Source of the DNA: Cypionkella sp.
Lineage (GTDB): Bacteria > Pseudomonadota > Alphaproteobacteria > Rhodobacterales > Rhodobacteraceae
Direction: 5' to 3'
Assembly: GCA_043743975.1 (NCBI GenBank)
Contig: JAYTVN010000048.1
Location: forward strand, 21,984-85,983
Length of the DNA: 64,000 nt
The notes under the pieces were generated by a model that saw only the letters and a program-made list of their open reading frames with translations, was not told the DNA's origin and did no database searches. Positions 8,647-18,366 of the stretch are shown here, in pieces (within the stretch, counting starts at the first letter, position 1; each line of letters opens with the position of its first letter). The position numbers were made by a program, and so were the translations under genes.

Positions 8647-9636
8647 TTAGCAGTACCGCTCAATCGCCAGCAGTTGATGATCACCATAACGGTCGCCCGC
8701 AGCAAAACCGGGCGGCAGCAGGCGGTCGATTTCGGCGTGATCTTCGGGCGTGAAGCTGATCTCGGTGGCCTGCGCCCATTGCCTGAGGTTTTCGGCGCGG
8801 CGGGTGCCGGGAATCGGGATCAGGTGATCGCCTTTCGCCAAAATCCACGCGAGCGCGGTGGCAGCGGTGGTCCAACCGCGCGCCGCACTGAAGGCCCGGA
8901 AGGTGTTGATTGTGGTGATGTTTTCGCTGAAATTCGGCTCGGTGAAGCGCGGGTTCTGGCTTCGGAAACCGTCGCTGGGTTTGGCGAGCGGCGTGTCGCC
9001 CAACATGCCACGCGCGAGAGGGGAGAACGGGATGAACGCCACGCCAAGCGCTTTGCAGGCTTGGATCAGACCCAGTTCGGGCTGGCGGCTCCACAGCGAA
9101 TATTCGTTCTGCACTGCGGTGCAGGGATGAATTTTATGGGCCGCGCGCAATGTATCGGGGGCAATTTCCGACACGCCGTAGCCGCCGATTTTACCTTCCT
9201 CGATCAACCGTGACAGGGTGCCAATCACCTCCGCCAAGGGGCGGGCATGTTCGCGGCGGTGGATGTAGAACAGCTCGACATGGTCGCGGTTCAGGCGTTT
9301 GAGCGAGGCTTCCAAATCGGCGCGCAGATGCGCTTCCGAATTGTCGATGCGGCGCGGCGGGCCGGAGACGAAGCTGGCTTTGGTGGCGATGGTGACAGTC
9401 GGGCGGCGGGTTTTCAGCCATTTGCCGATGATGGTTTCGGAAATCCCCATGCCGTAGATATTGGCGGTGTCAATAAAATCAATGCCTTGGTCCAGCATCG
9501 CGTCAAGCCAAGCCAAGCCAAGCCAAGCCAAGCTTTCCGCCTCATTGGTATCGCCAAAAATGCCGCCAAAGGGCATCGCGCCTAGGCCAATGGCGGATAC
9601 AGTGGGGCCATTTTGGCCAAGTTTGCGGGTTTTCAT
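8647..9636 (-). CDS. Aldo/keto reductase
   Basis: SAIGLGAM, DTANIYG, IATK, VQNEYSLW, PFSPLARG and PIPGT motifs. Confidence 0.93.
   Translation of the reverse strand: MKTRKLGQNGPTVSAIGLGAMPFGGIFGDTNEAESLAWLGLAWLDAMLDQGIDFIDTANIYGMGISETIIGKWLKTRRPTVTIATKASFVSGPPRRIDNSEAHLRADLEASLKRLNRDHVELFYIHRREHARPLAEVIGTLSRLIEEGKIGGYGVSEIAPDTLRAAHKIHPCTAVQNEYSLWSRQPELGLIQACKALGVAFIPFSPLARGMLGDTPLAKPSDGFRSQNPRFTEPNFSENITTINTFRAFSAARGWTTAATALAWILAKGDHLIPIPGTRRAENLRQWAQATEISFTPEDHAEIDRLLPPGFAAGDRYGDHQLLAIERYC
9504..9533. repeat. Pentanucleotide simple repeat (CAAGC)6 inside the aldo/keto reductase gene
   Basis: Six perfect CAAGC units; encodes SLAWLGLAWL on the minus strand. Confidence 0.95.
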
Positions 9637-9686
9637 GGGCGTCTCCTGCTGAGGGGATCGCAATAGACGCCCACGAATCGGTATGG

Positions 9687-11006
9687 TCAAGGGTGCATAT
9701 AGTGCAGGCCTTGGAAACCTTGCCGCAGCGCAGCGGTGCGGGGGGCGAGCGCTTCGGGCGCGTTCGAGCGCAGGGCTTCGGCGATGAGTGCTGCGAGGGC
9801 GGGGGTGTCATTCGGGGTGACACCGCGCCGCACCAGCTCTGGCGTGCCGATGCGCAAGCCATTGAGATCATTTGCAACCTCCGCGATCGGCAGGCCGATG
9901 CCACAAGCGAGGAAACCGGCTTTGCGCAGAGTTTTTGAGGCGGTCTGGCCGCCGCCAAAGCCTGCCGCTTCAATCGCGAATTGGTGGCTTTGGGTGCTGC
10001 CATGGCCTGCGGCAAAGATTGGCAGGCCGAGGGCGCCCAGTTCTTGCGCCAAGGCCTGCGCCAGATCGACCATCGCCTGCGCATAGGCTGCGCCGAAGTC
10101 GCGCCAATCCAGCAGCGACAGGGCAAGTGCTGCGGATTTGGCAGCGTCGAAATTCGCGGTCATGCCGGGATAGGCGATGTGATCAAGACGCTCGGCAATC
10201 GCGACATCATTGGTGACGATCAGTCCACCTGCCGGGCCGCCAAGCGATTTATAGGTGCTCATCGTCATCAGATGCGCGCCTTGGTGCAGCGGGTTGGCCC
10301 ACAACCCGCCCGCGATGATGCCGCATTGGTGGGCGGCGTCAAACAGCACCTTTGCGCCGACCTCATCGGCAATGGCGCGGATTTCAGCGACCGGATGCGG
10401 GAACAGATTGAGGCTGCCACCGACGGTGATCAACTTGGGTTTCACCTGATGCGCGAGGGTACGAAGTTGTTGCAGATCAATGGTATAGCCATCGGCATTG
10501 ATCGGGGCGGGATGGGTGATCAGCCCGTAAAGCCCGGCACATCCGGCGGCGTGATGGGTGACATGGCCGCCGATAGTGGCGGGCGGGGCGATGATCGCGT
10601 CGCCGGGTTTGGTCAGTGCCATGAAGCCGTAGAGGTTGGCCAAAGCCCCCGATCCGACGCGAATTTCGGCATATTTGGCTTGGAAGATTTCAGCGGCGAG
10701 TTCGGCGGCGATCACTTCGATTTCCTCAATCGCCTCGAGCCCCATTTCATATTTATCGCCCGGATAGCCCAACGACGGGCGGCTGCCGAGGCCGCGCGAC
10801 AGGGCGGCTTCGGCGCGGGGATTCATGATGTTGGTGGCGGGGTTGAGGTTGAAGCAATCCTGATCATGGATTTGGGTGTTGGCTTGGATCAGCGTTTCAA
10901 TGCGGTTGGCGACCTGCGCCGCAGGCGCGGTGGCGTCGGTAGCGAGACGCTGGATCAGGCTTTCGCAGGCGGCGGGAACCCAAGGGCGGGCGGCAAGATG
11001 GGGCAT
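9687..11006 (-). CDS. PLP-dependent SHMT-fold enzyme, alpha-methylserine aldolase-like
   Basis: RPWVP, CFNLNPATN, SLGYPGDKYEMG, FDAAH and STYKSLGGP (PLP Lys); these motifs differ from canonical GlyA (YPGKRYYGG, TTTHKTLRGP). Confidence 0.8.
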   Translation of the reverse strand: MPHLAARPWVPAACESLIQRLATDATAPAAQVANRIETLIQANTQIHDQDCFNLNPATNIMNPRAEAALSRGLGSRPSLGYPGDKYEMGLEAIEEIEVIAAELAAEIFQAKYAEIRVGSGALANLYGFMALTKPGDAIIAPPATIGGHVTHHAAGCAGLYGLITHPAPINADGYTIDLQQLRTLAHQVKPKLITVGGSLNLFPHPVAEIRAIADEVGAKVLFDAAHQCGIIAGGLWANPLHQGAHLMTMSTYKSLGGPAGGLIVTNDVAIAERLDHIAYPGMTANFDAAKSAALALSLLDWRDFGAAYAQAMVDLAQALAQELGALGLPIFAAGHGSTQSHQFAIEAAGFGGGQTASKTLRKAGFLACGIGLPIAEVANDLNGLRIGTPELVRRGVTPNDTPALAALIAEALRSNAPEALAPRTAALRQGFQGLHYMHP

Positions 11007-11061
11007 GATGATCTCCTTTTGTCACAGCAGACCAGAGCGAGGGCTTGCGAGCAAATCAGAA

Positions 11062-11121
11062 TTGCGGAAAACTAGGGTTAGAAAAACTATGGTATGAAAA
11101 ATTAAGCTTAGAAAAATTGAG
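11062..11121. promoter_or_regulatory. Array of four 15-bp LysR-type boxes in a divergent promoter
   Basis: ttgcggaaaactagg / gttagaaaaactatg / gtatgaaaaattaag / cttagaaaaattgag. Confidence 0.7.
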
Positions 11122-11126
11122 GTATT

Positions 11127-12023
11127 ATGGCTGTTGCTCCGCCCCGCCCGAAAGACTTGGCCCTGTCGGCTCTGCGCGCCTTTGAGGCGGCGGCGCGGTT
11201 GGGCAGTTTTGCTTTGGCCGCCGCCGAGTTGGGGGTGACGGCGGGGGCGGTGACGGCGCATGTCAAGGCGCTGGAGGCGGCACTGGGATCGCCGTTGTTT
11301 CAGCGTGCGGGGCGTGGGGTGGTGCTGACAGCGGCGGGCGCGCGGGCACTGCCTGAGTTCACTTCGGCTTTCGATGCGCTGGGGGCGGCGGTGCAGGTTC
11401 TGCGCGCCGAAGCAGCACCTCGCGTGGTGCATATCGCGACTTTGCCGTCGATTGCGCAGCTTTGGTTGTCACCGCGTCTGCCTGCTTTGCGGGCGGCGGC
11501 ACCCGAGATTGAAATCTCGATCACCGCGATGGAGGCGCCGCCGAACCTGAAGCGTTTGCCTTATGATCTCAGTCTGTTTTACGGCGAGGGTGATCAGATC
11601 ATTGCGCCAGATGTGATTTTTCCGGTGTGTTCTCCGTCACTTGCGGGGAGGTTGCGGAAACCCGAGGATCTGGCGCAAGTGACCTGTCTGACCGATGCGA
11701 GTTGGGCGCAGGACTGGCGGATTTGGGCGGATGTTGCGATGCCGGGGATGCAGTTTACCCCGCGCGGGCCGATGTTTTCGCTGTATGCGTTGGCGGTGGA
11801 AGAGGCTGCGGGCGGGGCGGGCGTGCTGATGGCGCATGGCGCTCTGGTCGCCTCGCATCTGGCGGCGGGGGCGCTGGTGGCGCCGTTTGCACAGCGGGTG
11901 ACGCTGCCCGGCGGCCTGCGGTTGTGGTCGGCCCGACCGATGCGGTCGGGCTCGGCTGTGCAGCGCGCCGCGCGGTTTTTGCAACTGGCCGGCGCGCGGG
12001 TCTCAGGCGAAGGCGGCCTCTAA
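11127..12023 (+). CDS. LysR-family regulator (GcvA-like)
   Basis: [29 protein letters not shown]; divergent from the PLP enzyme. Confidence 0.93.
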   Translation: MAVAPPRPKDLALSALRAFEAAARLGSFALAAAELGVTAGAVTAHVKALEAALGSPLFQRAGRGVVLTAAGARALPEFTSAFDALGAAVQVLRAEAAPRVVHIATLPSIAQLWLSPRLPALRAAAPEIEISITAMEAPPNLKRLPYDLSLFYGEGDQIIAPDVIFPVCSPSLAGRLRKPEDLAQVTCLTDASWAQDWRIWADVAMPGMQFTPRGPMFSLYALAVEEAAGGAGVLMAHGALVASHLAAGALVAPFAQRVTLPGGLRLWSARPMRSGSAVQRAARFLQLAGARVSGEGGL

Positions 12024-12707
12024 AGCCACCTCGACCATCGCGCCGAAACTGGTTTCGCGCTGGTCGGCGGGCAGGGCTTCATGCGTCAGGATATGGTCGG
12101 AAATCGTTAGCACCGCCAGCGCACGGCGGTTGTAGCGGGCGGCCAGCATGTAAAGTTCAGCCGCCTCCATCTCGACACAGAGCGTGCCGTGGCGTTGCAA
12201 CTGATCCGACAGATCGGGGCGTTCGTCATAGAAGGTGTCTGACGAGAAAATCCCACCAACATGCACCGGCACACCGATTTTCAACGCGGCTTTGTGGGCC
12301 GCTGTCAACAGGCTAAAATCAGCGCAGGGGGCAAAATTCAGCTCGCGGAATATGCTTTGCGACGGGCTGCCGCAGGTGCTGGCGGTCTGCGCCAGAACCA
12401 CATCACGCACCTGCACATGGGTCTGTAACGCGCCTGCTGAGCCGATGCGGATCAGGGTTTGCGCGCCATAATCTTTTATCAATTCATTAGCATAGATCGA
12501 CAAAGACGGCATTCCCATGCCAGAGCCATGGATGGTCACCCGCTGGCCGCGCCAGATACCGGTATAGCCCAACATGCCGCGCACCTCGTTCACCAACACC
12601 GGGTTTTCGAGGTATTTCTGCGCGGCCCAGCGGGCGCGGTAGGGATCGCCCGGCAGCAGCACGGTTTCGGCAATCTCGCCGGGTTTGGCACCGATATGGA
12701 AGGTCAT
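12003..12707 (-). CDS. deoD: Purine-nucleoside phosphorylase
   Basis: [28 protein letters not shown] and TISDH motifs. Confidence 0.96.
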   Translation of the reverse strand: MTFHIGAKPGEIAETVLLPGDPYRARWAAQKYLENPVLVNEVRGMLGYTGIWRGQRVTIHGSGMGMPSLSIYANELIKDYGAQTLIRIGSAGALQTHVQVRDVVLAQTASTCGSPSQSIFRELNFAPCADFSLLTAAHKAALKIGVPVHVGGIFSSDTFYDERPDLSDQLQRHGTLCVEMEAAELYMLAARYNRRALAVLTISDHILTHEALPADQRETSFGAMVEVALEAAFA

Positions 12708-12761
12708 GGTTTTCTCCGCTTTTGGCGAAGCTAGGCGGTTTTTTGCTGCGGTGGAAGGGCC

Positions 12762-14720
12762 TTAGGCGGCGAGATTGGCGGTATCGACGAGCGCGACAAT
12801 GTCAAGCATGATGCGGTTCAGCTCGAAGTCCTTCGGCGTGTAGACGGCGGCGACGCCCATCGCGCGCAAGGCACTTGCATCATCTTCGGGGATGATGCCG
12901 CCGACCACAAGCGGGATGTGCGACAGGCCCGCCTCGCGCATTTTGCTCAGGGTGTCGCGGATCAGCGGCAGATGGCTGCCCGACAGGATCGACAGGCCAA
13001 CGACATGGGCGTTTTGGTCGACGGCGGCGGCGACGATCTCGGCGGGGGTCAGGCGGATGCCTTCGTAATGGATGTCCATACCGCAGTCGCGGGCACGGGC
13101 GGCGATCTGTTCGGCGCCGTTGGAATGGCCATCAAGTCCCGGTTTTCCCACCAGAAATTTGAGTGGGCGGCCGAGTTTGGCGGAGAGTATCTGCACCGCT
13201 TCGCGGATCGGTTCCAGCCCTTCGGTGCGGTTGGACGGGTTGCGGGAAACCCCGGTCGGCGCGCGGTATTCGCCAAAGGCGCTGCGCACCATCAGCCCCC
13301 ATTCGCCGGTGGTGGCCCCAGCTTTTGCGGCGGCGATGGAGGTGGGCATGATGTTGGCCCCGGAGGCGGCGGCGGCTCGGAGGGCGGTGAGGGCGGCTTG
13401 CACGGCGGTCTCGTCACGGGATTCGCGCCATGCGGTCAGGCGGGCGATCTGATCAGCCTCGGCCTTTGGGTCCGACAGCATGATCGAGCCATCGCCAGCG
13501 GTCAGCGGGCTGGGGGTGGTTTCCATCCAGCGGTTGACGCCAACCACCGTGGTTTCTTTCGATTCAATCTTGGCGATGCGTTCGGCATTCGCCTCGACCA
13601 AGCGACCTTTCATGTACTCAATCGCGGCCACCGCCCCGCCCATCGCGTCGATCTGCGCCAATTCCATGCGCGCGCCGTCCTTCAGGGCTTCGACCTTGCG
13701 GTCAATCGCCGGGTTACCGTCGAACAGATCGTCATATTCCAGCAGGTCCGTCTCGTAGGCGAGGATTTGCTGCATCCGCAAAGACCATTGCTGATCCCAC
13801 GGGCGCGGCAGGCCGAGGGCTTCGTTCCAAGCGGGCAGTTGCACGGCGCGGGCGCGGGCTTTTTTCGACAAAGTCACCGCCAGCATCTCGATCAGGATGC
13901 GGTAGACGTTGTTTTCCGGTTGCTGTTCGGTCAGGCCCAAAGAATTGACCTGCACGCCGTAGCGGAAGCGGCGATATTTCGCCTCGGTGATGCCGTAACG
14001 GGTCAGGCAAATCTCATCCCAGAGATCGACGAAGGCGCGCATTTTGCACAGCTCGGTGACGAAGCGGATGCCGGCGTTGACAAAAAACGATATTCTACCG
14101 ACCATATTAGGGAAATCTGCGGCTGAAACTTTACCTTTCAGATCATCCAGCACGGCGCAGGCGGTGGCGAGCGCAAAGGCGAGTTCCTGTTCCGGCGTCG
14201 CCCCCGCCTCTTGCAGATGGTAGGAACAGACGTTCATTGGGTTCCATTTCGGCAGGTGTTTTTGGGTATAGGCCGCCACATCGGTGATCATCCGCAGGCT
14301 GGGCGCGGGCGGAGCAATATAGGTGCCGCGCGACAGATATTCCTTGATGATGTCGTTTTGCACCGTGCCTTGCAGCGCGGCTACATCGGCGCCTTGTTCT
14401 TCGGCGACGGCGATATACAGTGCGAGCAGCCACGGCGCTGTGGCGTTGATCGTCATCGAAGTATTCATTTGTTCCAAGGGGATATCTTTGAACAGGGCCC
14501 GCATATCGCCCAGATGGTTGACCGGAACGCCAACCTTGCCGACCTCGCCGCGCGCCAATTCATGATCGGAATCATAGCCGGTTTGGGTGGGCAGATCGAA
14601 AGCCACCGACAGCCCGGTCTGGCCTTTGGCCAGATTGCTACGATACAGCGCGTTGGAAGCGGTAGCGGTGGAATGCCCGGCATAGGTGCGGAACAACCAC
14701 GGGGTTTCTGTGCGCGCCAT
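12762..14720 (-). CDS. ecm: Ethylmalonyl-CoA mutase (MeaA), B12-dependent
   Basis: PWLFRTYAGHS start, KPGLDGHSNGAEQIA cobalamin motif; clustered with ccr. Confidence 0.96.
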   Translation of the reverse strand: MARTETPWLFRTYAGHSTATASNALYRSNLAKGQTGLSVAFDLPTQTGYDSDHELARGEVGKVGVPVNHLGDMRALFKDIPLEQMNTSMTINATAPWLLALYIAVAEEQGADVAALQGTVQNDIIKEYLSRGTYIAPPAPSLRMITDVAAYTQKHLPKWNPMNVCSYHLQEAGATPEQELAFALATACAVLDDLKGKVSAADFPNMVGRISFFVNAGIRFVTELCKMRAFVDLWDEICLTRYGITEAKYRRFRYGVQVNSLGLTEQQPENNVYRILIEMLAVTLSKKARARAVQLPAWNEALGLPRPWDQQWSLRMQQILAYETDLLEYDDLFDGNPAIDRKVEALKDGARMELAQIDAMGGAVAAIEYMKGRLVEANAERIAKIESKETTVVGVNRWMETTPSPLTAGDGSIMLSDPKAEADQIARLTAWRESRDETAVQAALTALRAAAASGANIMPTSIAAAKAGATTGEWGLMVRSAFGEYRAPTGVSRNPSNRTEGLEPIREAVQILSAKLGRPLKFLVGKPGLDGHSNGAEQIAARARDCGMDIHYEGIRLTPAEIVAAAVDQNAHVVGLSILSGSHLPLIRDTLSKMREAGLSHIPLVVGGIIPEDDASALRAMGVAAVYTPKDFELNRIMLDIVALVDTANLAA

Positions 14721-14929
14721 CTCGGCCTCCTGAATCGCATCGGCAATATTCTTGCGTCAGTGCAGCACTAAGCGCAATTTCACGCAAGTGTCAATTCGCT
14801 GCGTTGCGGCGAAGGCTTGGGAATTTTGCAGGGCGTGAAACATGACAGCCCTTGTCATTGGAAAACGCAGCACGGTTCCGGCAAAGCTTAACCCATGCCA
14901 TCCCGGCCAACCCACCAGATGAGGATACC

Positions 14930-15261
14930 ATGAACACCCCCCCCTGCGCCTGAGCCTTGCCGCCCTCGCCTTGGCTGCCACCACCCTGCAAGCTGCCGCC
15001 TATGACCGGACGGTGCGGATTCACAATGACACCGGGCTGACGCTGGTGAAATTTCAATCCACCAACTCCGGCGCCTCACACTGGGGGCGCGACGTGATGG
15101 GGTCGTCAACTCTGGCGACGGGCGGCGCGATGAAGCTGCATTTCGACAACGCGCAGGGCTATTGCGAGTTTGATTTCAAGGCGGTGTTTTCCGATGGCAG
15201 CGTGCTGCAAAAGGCCCGCGTCAATGTCTGTGAGATCGGAGATTACTATTACACCGAATGA
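14930..15261 (+). pseudogene. Small secreted protein with its signal peptide frameshifted at a C8 tract (14937-14944)
   Basis: GAGGA RBS and ATG 14930 give MNTPPCA*; C6 or C9 would give MNTP(P)LRLSLAALALAATTLQAAA-YDRTVRIHNDTG...GYCEFDFKAVFSDG...VNVCE. Confidence 0.7.
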
Positions 15262-15346
15262 ATTTGGCGCGTAGCCCGGAATTTAAGGCAAATCTGGCTT
15301 TGAAACGGCTCTATTCAAGACGGCGGCGGGATGCCAGTATTGTGGC

Positions 15347-16702
15347 ATGACAGACCCCGTCGCTGTGCCTTTTTGGCTGCTGCTGCTGATCCTTGCTTTT
15401 GCGGCGATCACACTCGCCTCGCATTTTCTGTTTCCCTCGGTGCGCTGGTTTTTTCGCAAACGCGCCGAGAAGGCGCTGGCGCGGCTGAACCGCCGCCTCG
15501 ATCGTCCGATCGAGCTGTTCAAACTGGCGCGCAGGCAGGACATGATCGTGCGATTGTCCTATGATCCGCGTGTGTTAGAGGCGGTGGCCGACCATGCCGC
15601 TGAAACTGGGGTGCCCGGATCGGTGGCGTTTGAGGAAGCCCGCCGCTATGCGCGCGAAATCGTGCCGGGGTTTTCGGCCACGCTGTATTTCGGTGTCGCG
15701 ATACGCCTCGCGCGCTGGCTCTCAAGGCTGGCCTACCGGGTGCGGATTGGCAAAGTCGACGCTGCCTTGGCGCATATTGATCCCAAGGCCACGGTGATTT
15801 TCGTGATGAATCATCGCTCTAACATGGATTATGTGCTGATTACTTGGCTGGTGGCCAACCGTTCAGCGATTTCCTATGCGGTGGGGGAATGGGCGCGGAT
15901 TTGGCCGCTGAGTGCGCTGATCCGCTCGATGGGGGCGTATTTCATCCGGCGCGGCAGCCGCAACACGCTCTACCGCCGGGTGCTGGCGCGCTATGTGCAG
16001 ATGGCGACGGCGGAGGGCACGACGCAGGCGATCTTCCCCGAGGGCGGGTTGTCGTTGGATGGCCGGGTGGGGCCGGCGAAGATGGGGCTGCTCAGCTACA
16101 TCGTCTCGGCCTACGAGCCCGGCGGGCGCGACGTGGTGTTTGTGCCGGTCGGGCTGGCCTATGACCGGGTGCTGGAGGATCGGCGGCTGACCGATGCCGC
16201 TGAGGCTGGCACACGAAGATTCCGTGGCAAGCCTTTGGCGATCATGGGATTTCTTCTGCGCAACCTGTGGCGCAAGTTCCGGGGCCGCTTCAAGGGGTTT
16301 GGCACCACGGCGGCAGGTTTTGGCCCGCCGGTGTCTTTGCGCGCCTTTCTGGCCGAAGCCCCGCACACCCCGACCGAGGAATTGGGCGCTTACCTCATGG
16401 CCGAAATCACCAAAGTGGTGCCGGTGCTGCCGGTGCCCTTGGTGGCTGCGGCGCTGCTGGAAAAGCCTGCGGATCGCGCGGCGCTGACGGCTGCGGTGAC
16501 CGCCCTGCAAGCGCGGCTCGCCGCGCAAGGCGCTGTGCAAAAACTGCCGCCGCAGGGGCTGGAGGCCACCTTGGCCGAGGGCCTGACGCCGCTGCTGAAC
16601 CGGGGATTGGTCGACGCGAATTTGCAGATCACCCAAGGCTCTGCCGCGCTGATCGCCTTTTATGCCGCCCCGGTGCTGCAAAGGTTGGAGGTGGCACCGT
16701 AG
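15347..16702 (+). CDS. Glycerol-3-phosphate / 1-acylglycerol-3-phosphate acyltransferase
   Basis: NHRSNMD (HxxxxD), FIRR and FPEGG motifs. Confidence 0.9.
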   Translation: MTDPVAVPFWLLLLILAFAAITLASHFLFPSVRWFFRKRAEKALARLNRRLDRPIELFKLARRQDMIVRLSYDPRVLEAVADHAAETGVPGSVAFEEARRYAREIVPGFSATLYFGVAIRLARWLSRLAYRVRIGKVDAALAHIDPKATVIFVMNHRSNMDYVLITWLVANRSAISYAVGEWARIWPLSALIRSMGAYFIRRGSRNTLYRRVLARYVQMATAEGTTQAIFPEGGLSLDGRVGPAKMGLLSYIVSAYEPGGRDVVFVPVGLAYDRVLEDRRLTDAAEAGTRRFRGKPLAIMGFLLRNLWRKFRGRFKGFGTTAAGFGPPVSLRAFLAEAPHTPTEELGAYLMAEITKVVPVLPVPLVAAALLEKPADRAALTAAVTALQARLAAQGAVQKLPPQGLEATLAEGLTPLLNRGLVDANLQITQGSAALIAFYAAPVLQRLEVAP

Positions 16703-16831
16703 AATTGCCGCATCGCAGCGGACATAAAGTTACAAAATACCCATCAAGACTATTGCAAAGTTGCGCGAAGGCCCGCTATCAATGCCGCAACCCGCCCCGA
16801 TTCTGCGGCGCGGCATTTGTTGGAGGCAAGC

Positions 16832-18124
16832 ATGGCGTTGGATATCGCATCGGCAATCACCCCCTATGAGGCCCCGGTGAAGGACCTCTATGAGATTGGC
16901 GAAATGCCGCCCTTGGGTCATGTTCCGGCGAAAATGTATGCGTGGTCGATCCGGCAAGCCCGGCATGGCGAGCCTGACACCGCAATGCAGGTTGAGGTGG
17001 TGGATACTTGGAAGCTCGACAGCAACGAAGTGCTGGTGCTGGTGATGGCGGCGGGGGTCAATTACAACGGCGTCTGGGCGGCTTTGGGCGTGCCGATCAG
17101 CCCGTTTGATGGCCATAAACAGCCGTTCCATATCGCGGGCTCGGATGCTTCGGGCATCGTCTGGGCGGTGGGTGACAAGGTGAAACGCTGGAAGGTCGGC
17201 GATGAGGTCGTGGTGCATTGCAACCAAGACGACGGCGATGACGAGGAATGTAACGGCGGCGATCCGATGTTCTCGCCCAGCCAGCGGATTTGGGGTTACG
17301 AGACGCCGGACGGCTCTTTTTCGCAGTTCACCCGCGTGCAAGCGCAGCAGTTGATGCCGCGCCCGAAGCATCTGACTTGGGAGGAATCCGCCTGCTACAC
17401 CCTGACCCTCGCCACCGCCTATCGGATGTTGTTCGGGCATGAACCGCATGATCTGAAACCGGGGCAGAATGTGCTGGTCTGGGGCGCGTCGGGCGGGCTT
17501 GGCTCGTATGCGATCCAACTGATCAACACCGCAGGCGCGAATGCGATCGGCGTGATCTCGGAAGAAGACAAGCGCGCGTTTGTCATGGGCTTGGGCGCGA
17601 AAGGCGTGATCAACCGCAAGGATTTCAAATGCTGGGGGCAGTTGCCGACCGTCAACACCCCCGCCTATAACGACTGGCTGAAAGAAGCCCGCAAGTTTGG
17701 CAAAGCGATCTGGGACATCACCGGCAAGGGCGTCAGCGTCGATATGGTGTTTGAACATCCGGGTGAGGCGACCTTCCCGGTCAGCTCTTTGGTGTGCAAA
17801 AAGGGCGGCATGGTGGTGATCTGCGCCGGAACCTCGGGCTTCAACTGTACTTTTGACGTGCGCTATATGTGGATGCACCAAAAGCGCCTGCAAGGCAGCC
17901 ATTTCGCACATCTGAAACAGGCGGCGGCGGCGAACAAACTGATGATCGAACGCCGTCTTGACCCCTGCATGTCGGAAGTCTTCCCTTGGGCCGAAATCCC
18001 GGCGGCGCATATGCTGATGCGCACCAACAAACACAAACCCGGCAATATGGCGGTGCTGGTGCAGGCCCCGCGCACCTGGTTGCGCACCTTTGAAGACACG
18101 CTTGACGCCAGCCTGAACCGCTAA
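16832..18124 (+). CDS. ccrA: Crotonyl-CoA carboxylase/reductase
   Basis: VNYNGVW, IWGYETPDGSF, WGASGGLG, VFEHPG and WMHQKRLQGSH motifs; GGAGG RBS. Confidence 0.97.
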   Translation: MALDIASAITPYEAPVKDLYEIGEMPPLGHVPAKMYAWSIRQARHGEPDTAMQVEVVDTWKLDSNEVLVLVMAAGVNYNGVWAALGVPISPFDGHKQPFHIAGSDASGIVWAVGDKVKRWKVGDEVVVHCNQDDGDDEECNGGDPMFSPSQRIWGYETPDGSFSQFTRVQAQQLMPRPKHLTWEESACYTLTLATAYRMLFGHEPHDLKPGQNVLVWGASGGLGSYAIQLINTAGANAIGVISEEDKRAFVMGLGAKGVINRKDFKCWGQLPTVNTPAYNDWLKEARKFGKAIWDITGKGVSVDMVFEHPGEATFPVSSLVCKKGGMVVICAGTSGFNCTFDVRYMWMHQKRLQGSHFAHLKQAAAANKLMIERRLDPCMSEVFPWAEIPAAHMLMRTNKHKPGNMAVLVQAPRTWLRTFEDTLDASLNR

Positions 18125-18140
18125 GGCGGCTATCCGCCGA

Positions 18141-18222
18141 GGATATTTAGGCCACTGTGAAGCCCTGACAATTTCACATTGGCTTAAATATCCCGGGGAA
18201 GCGCAGCGGGGGCTGGCCCCCT
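18141..18222. repeat. Inverted pair of REP-like elements (hairpin) downstream of ccr
   Basis: GGATATTTAGGCCA.TGTGAA ... TTCACA.TGGCTTAAATATCC followed by GGGGGCTGGCCCCCT. Confidence 0.65.
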
Positions 18223-18366
18223 CCCGCAGTCACCGCCAAAACCACATCTCAAACCCTGCTGCGGCAGCGCCGTTTTAAGGGGCTCGATGCCCCGCGAAAC
18301 GGCACTTGGTTTCAGGTCCGGGCTTCAGGTCTGGCCCTTGGCGGCAACCTTGGCTATGGTCGCCCA

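Noticed and set aside
14720-14930. Cobalamin riboswitch upstream of B12-dependent ecm
   Set aside because: No recognisable B12-box core motifs were seen
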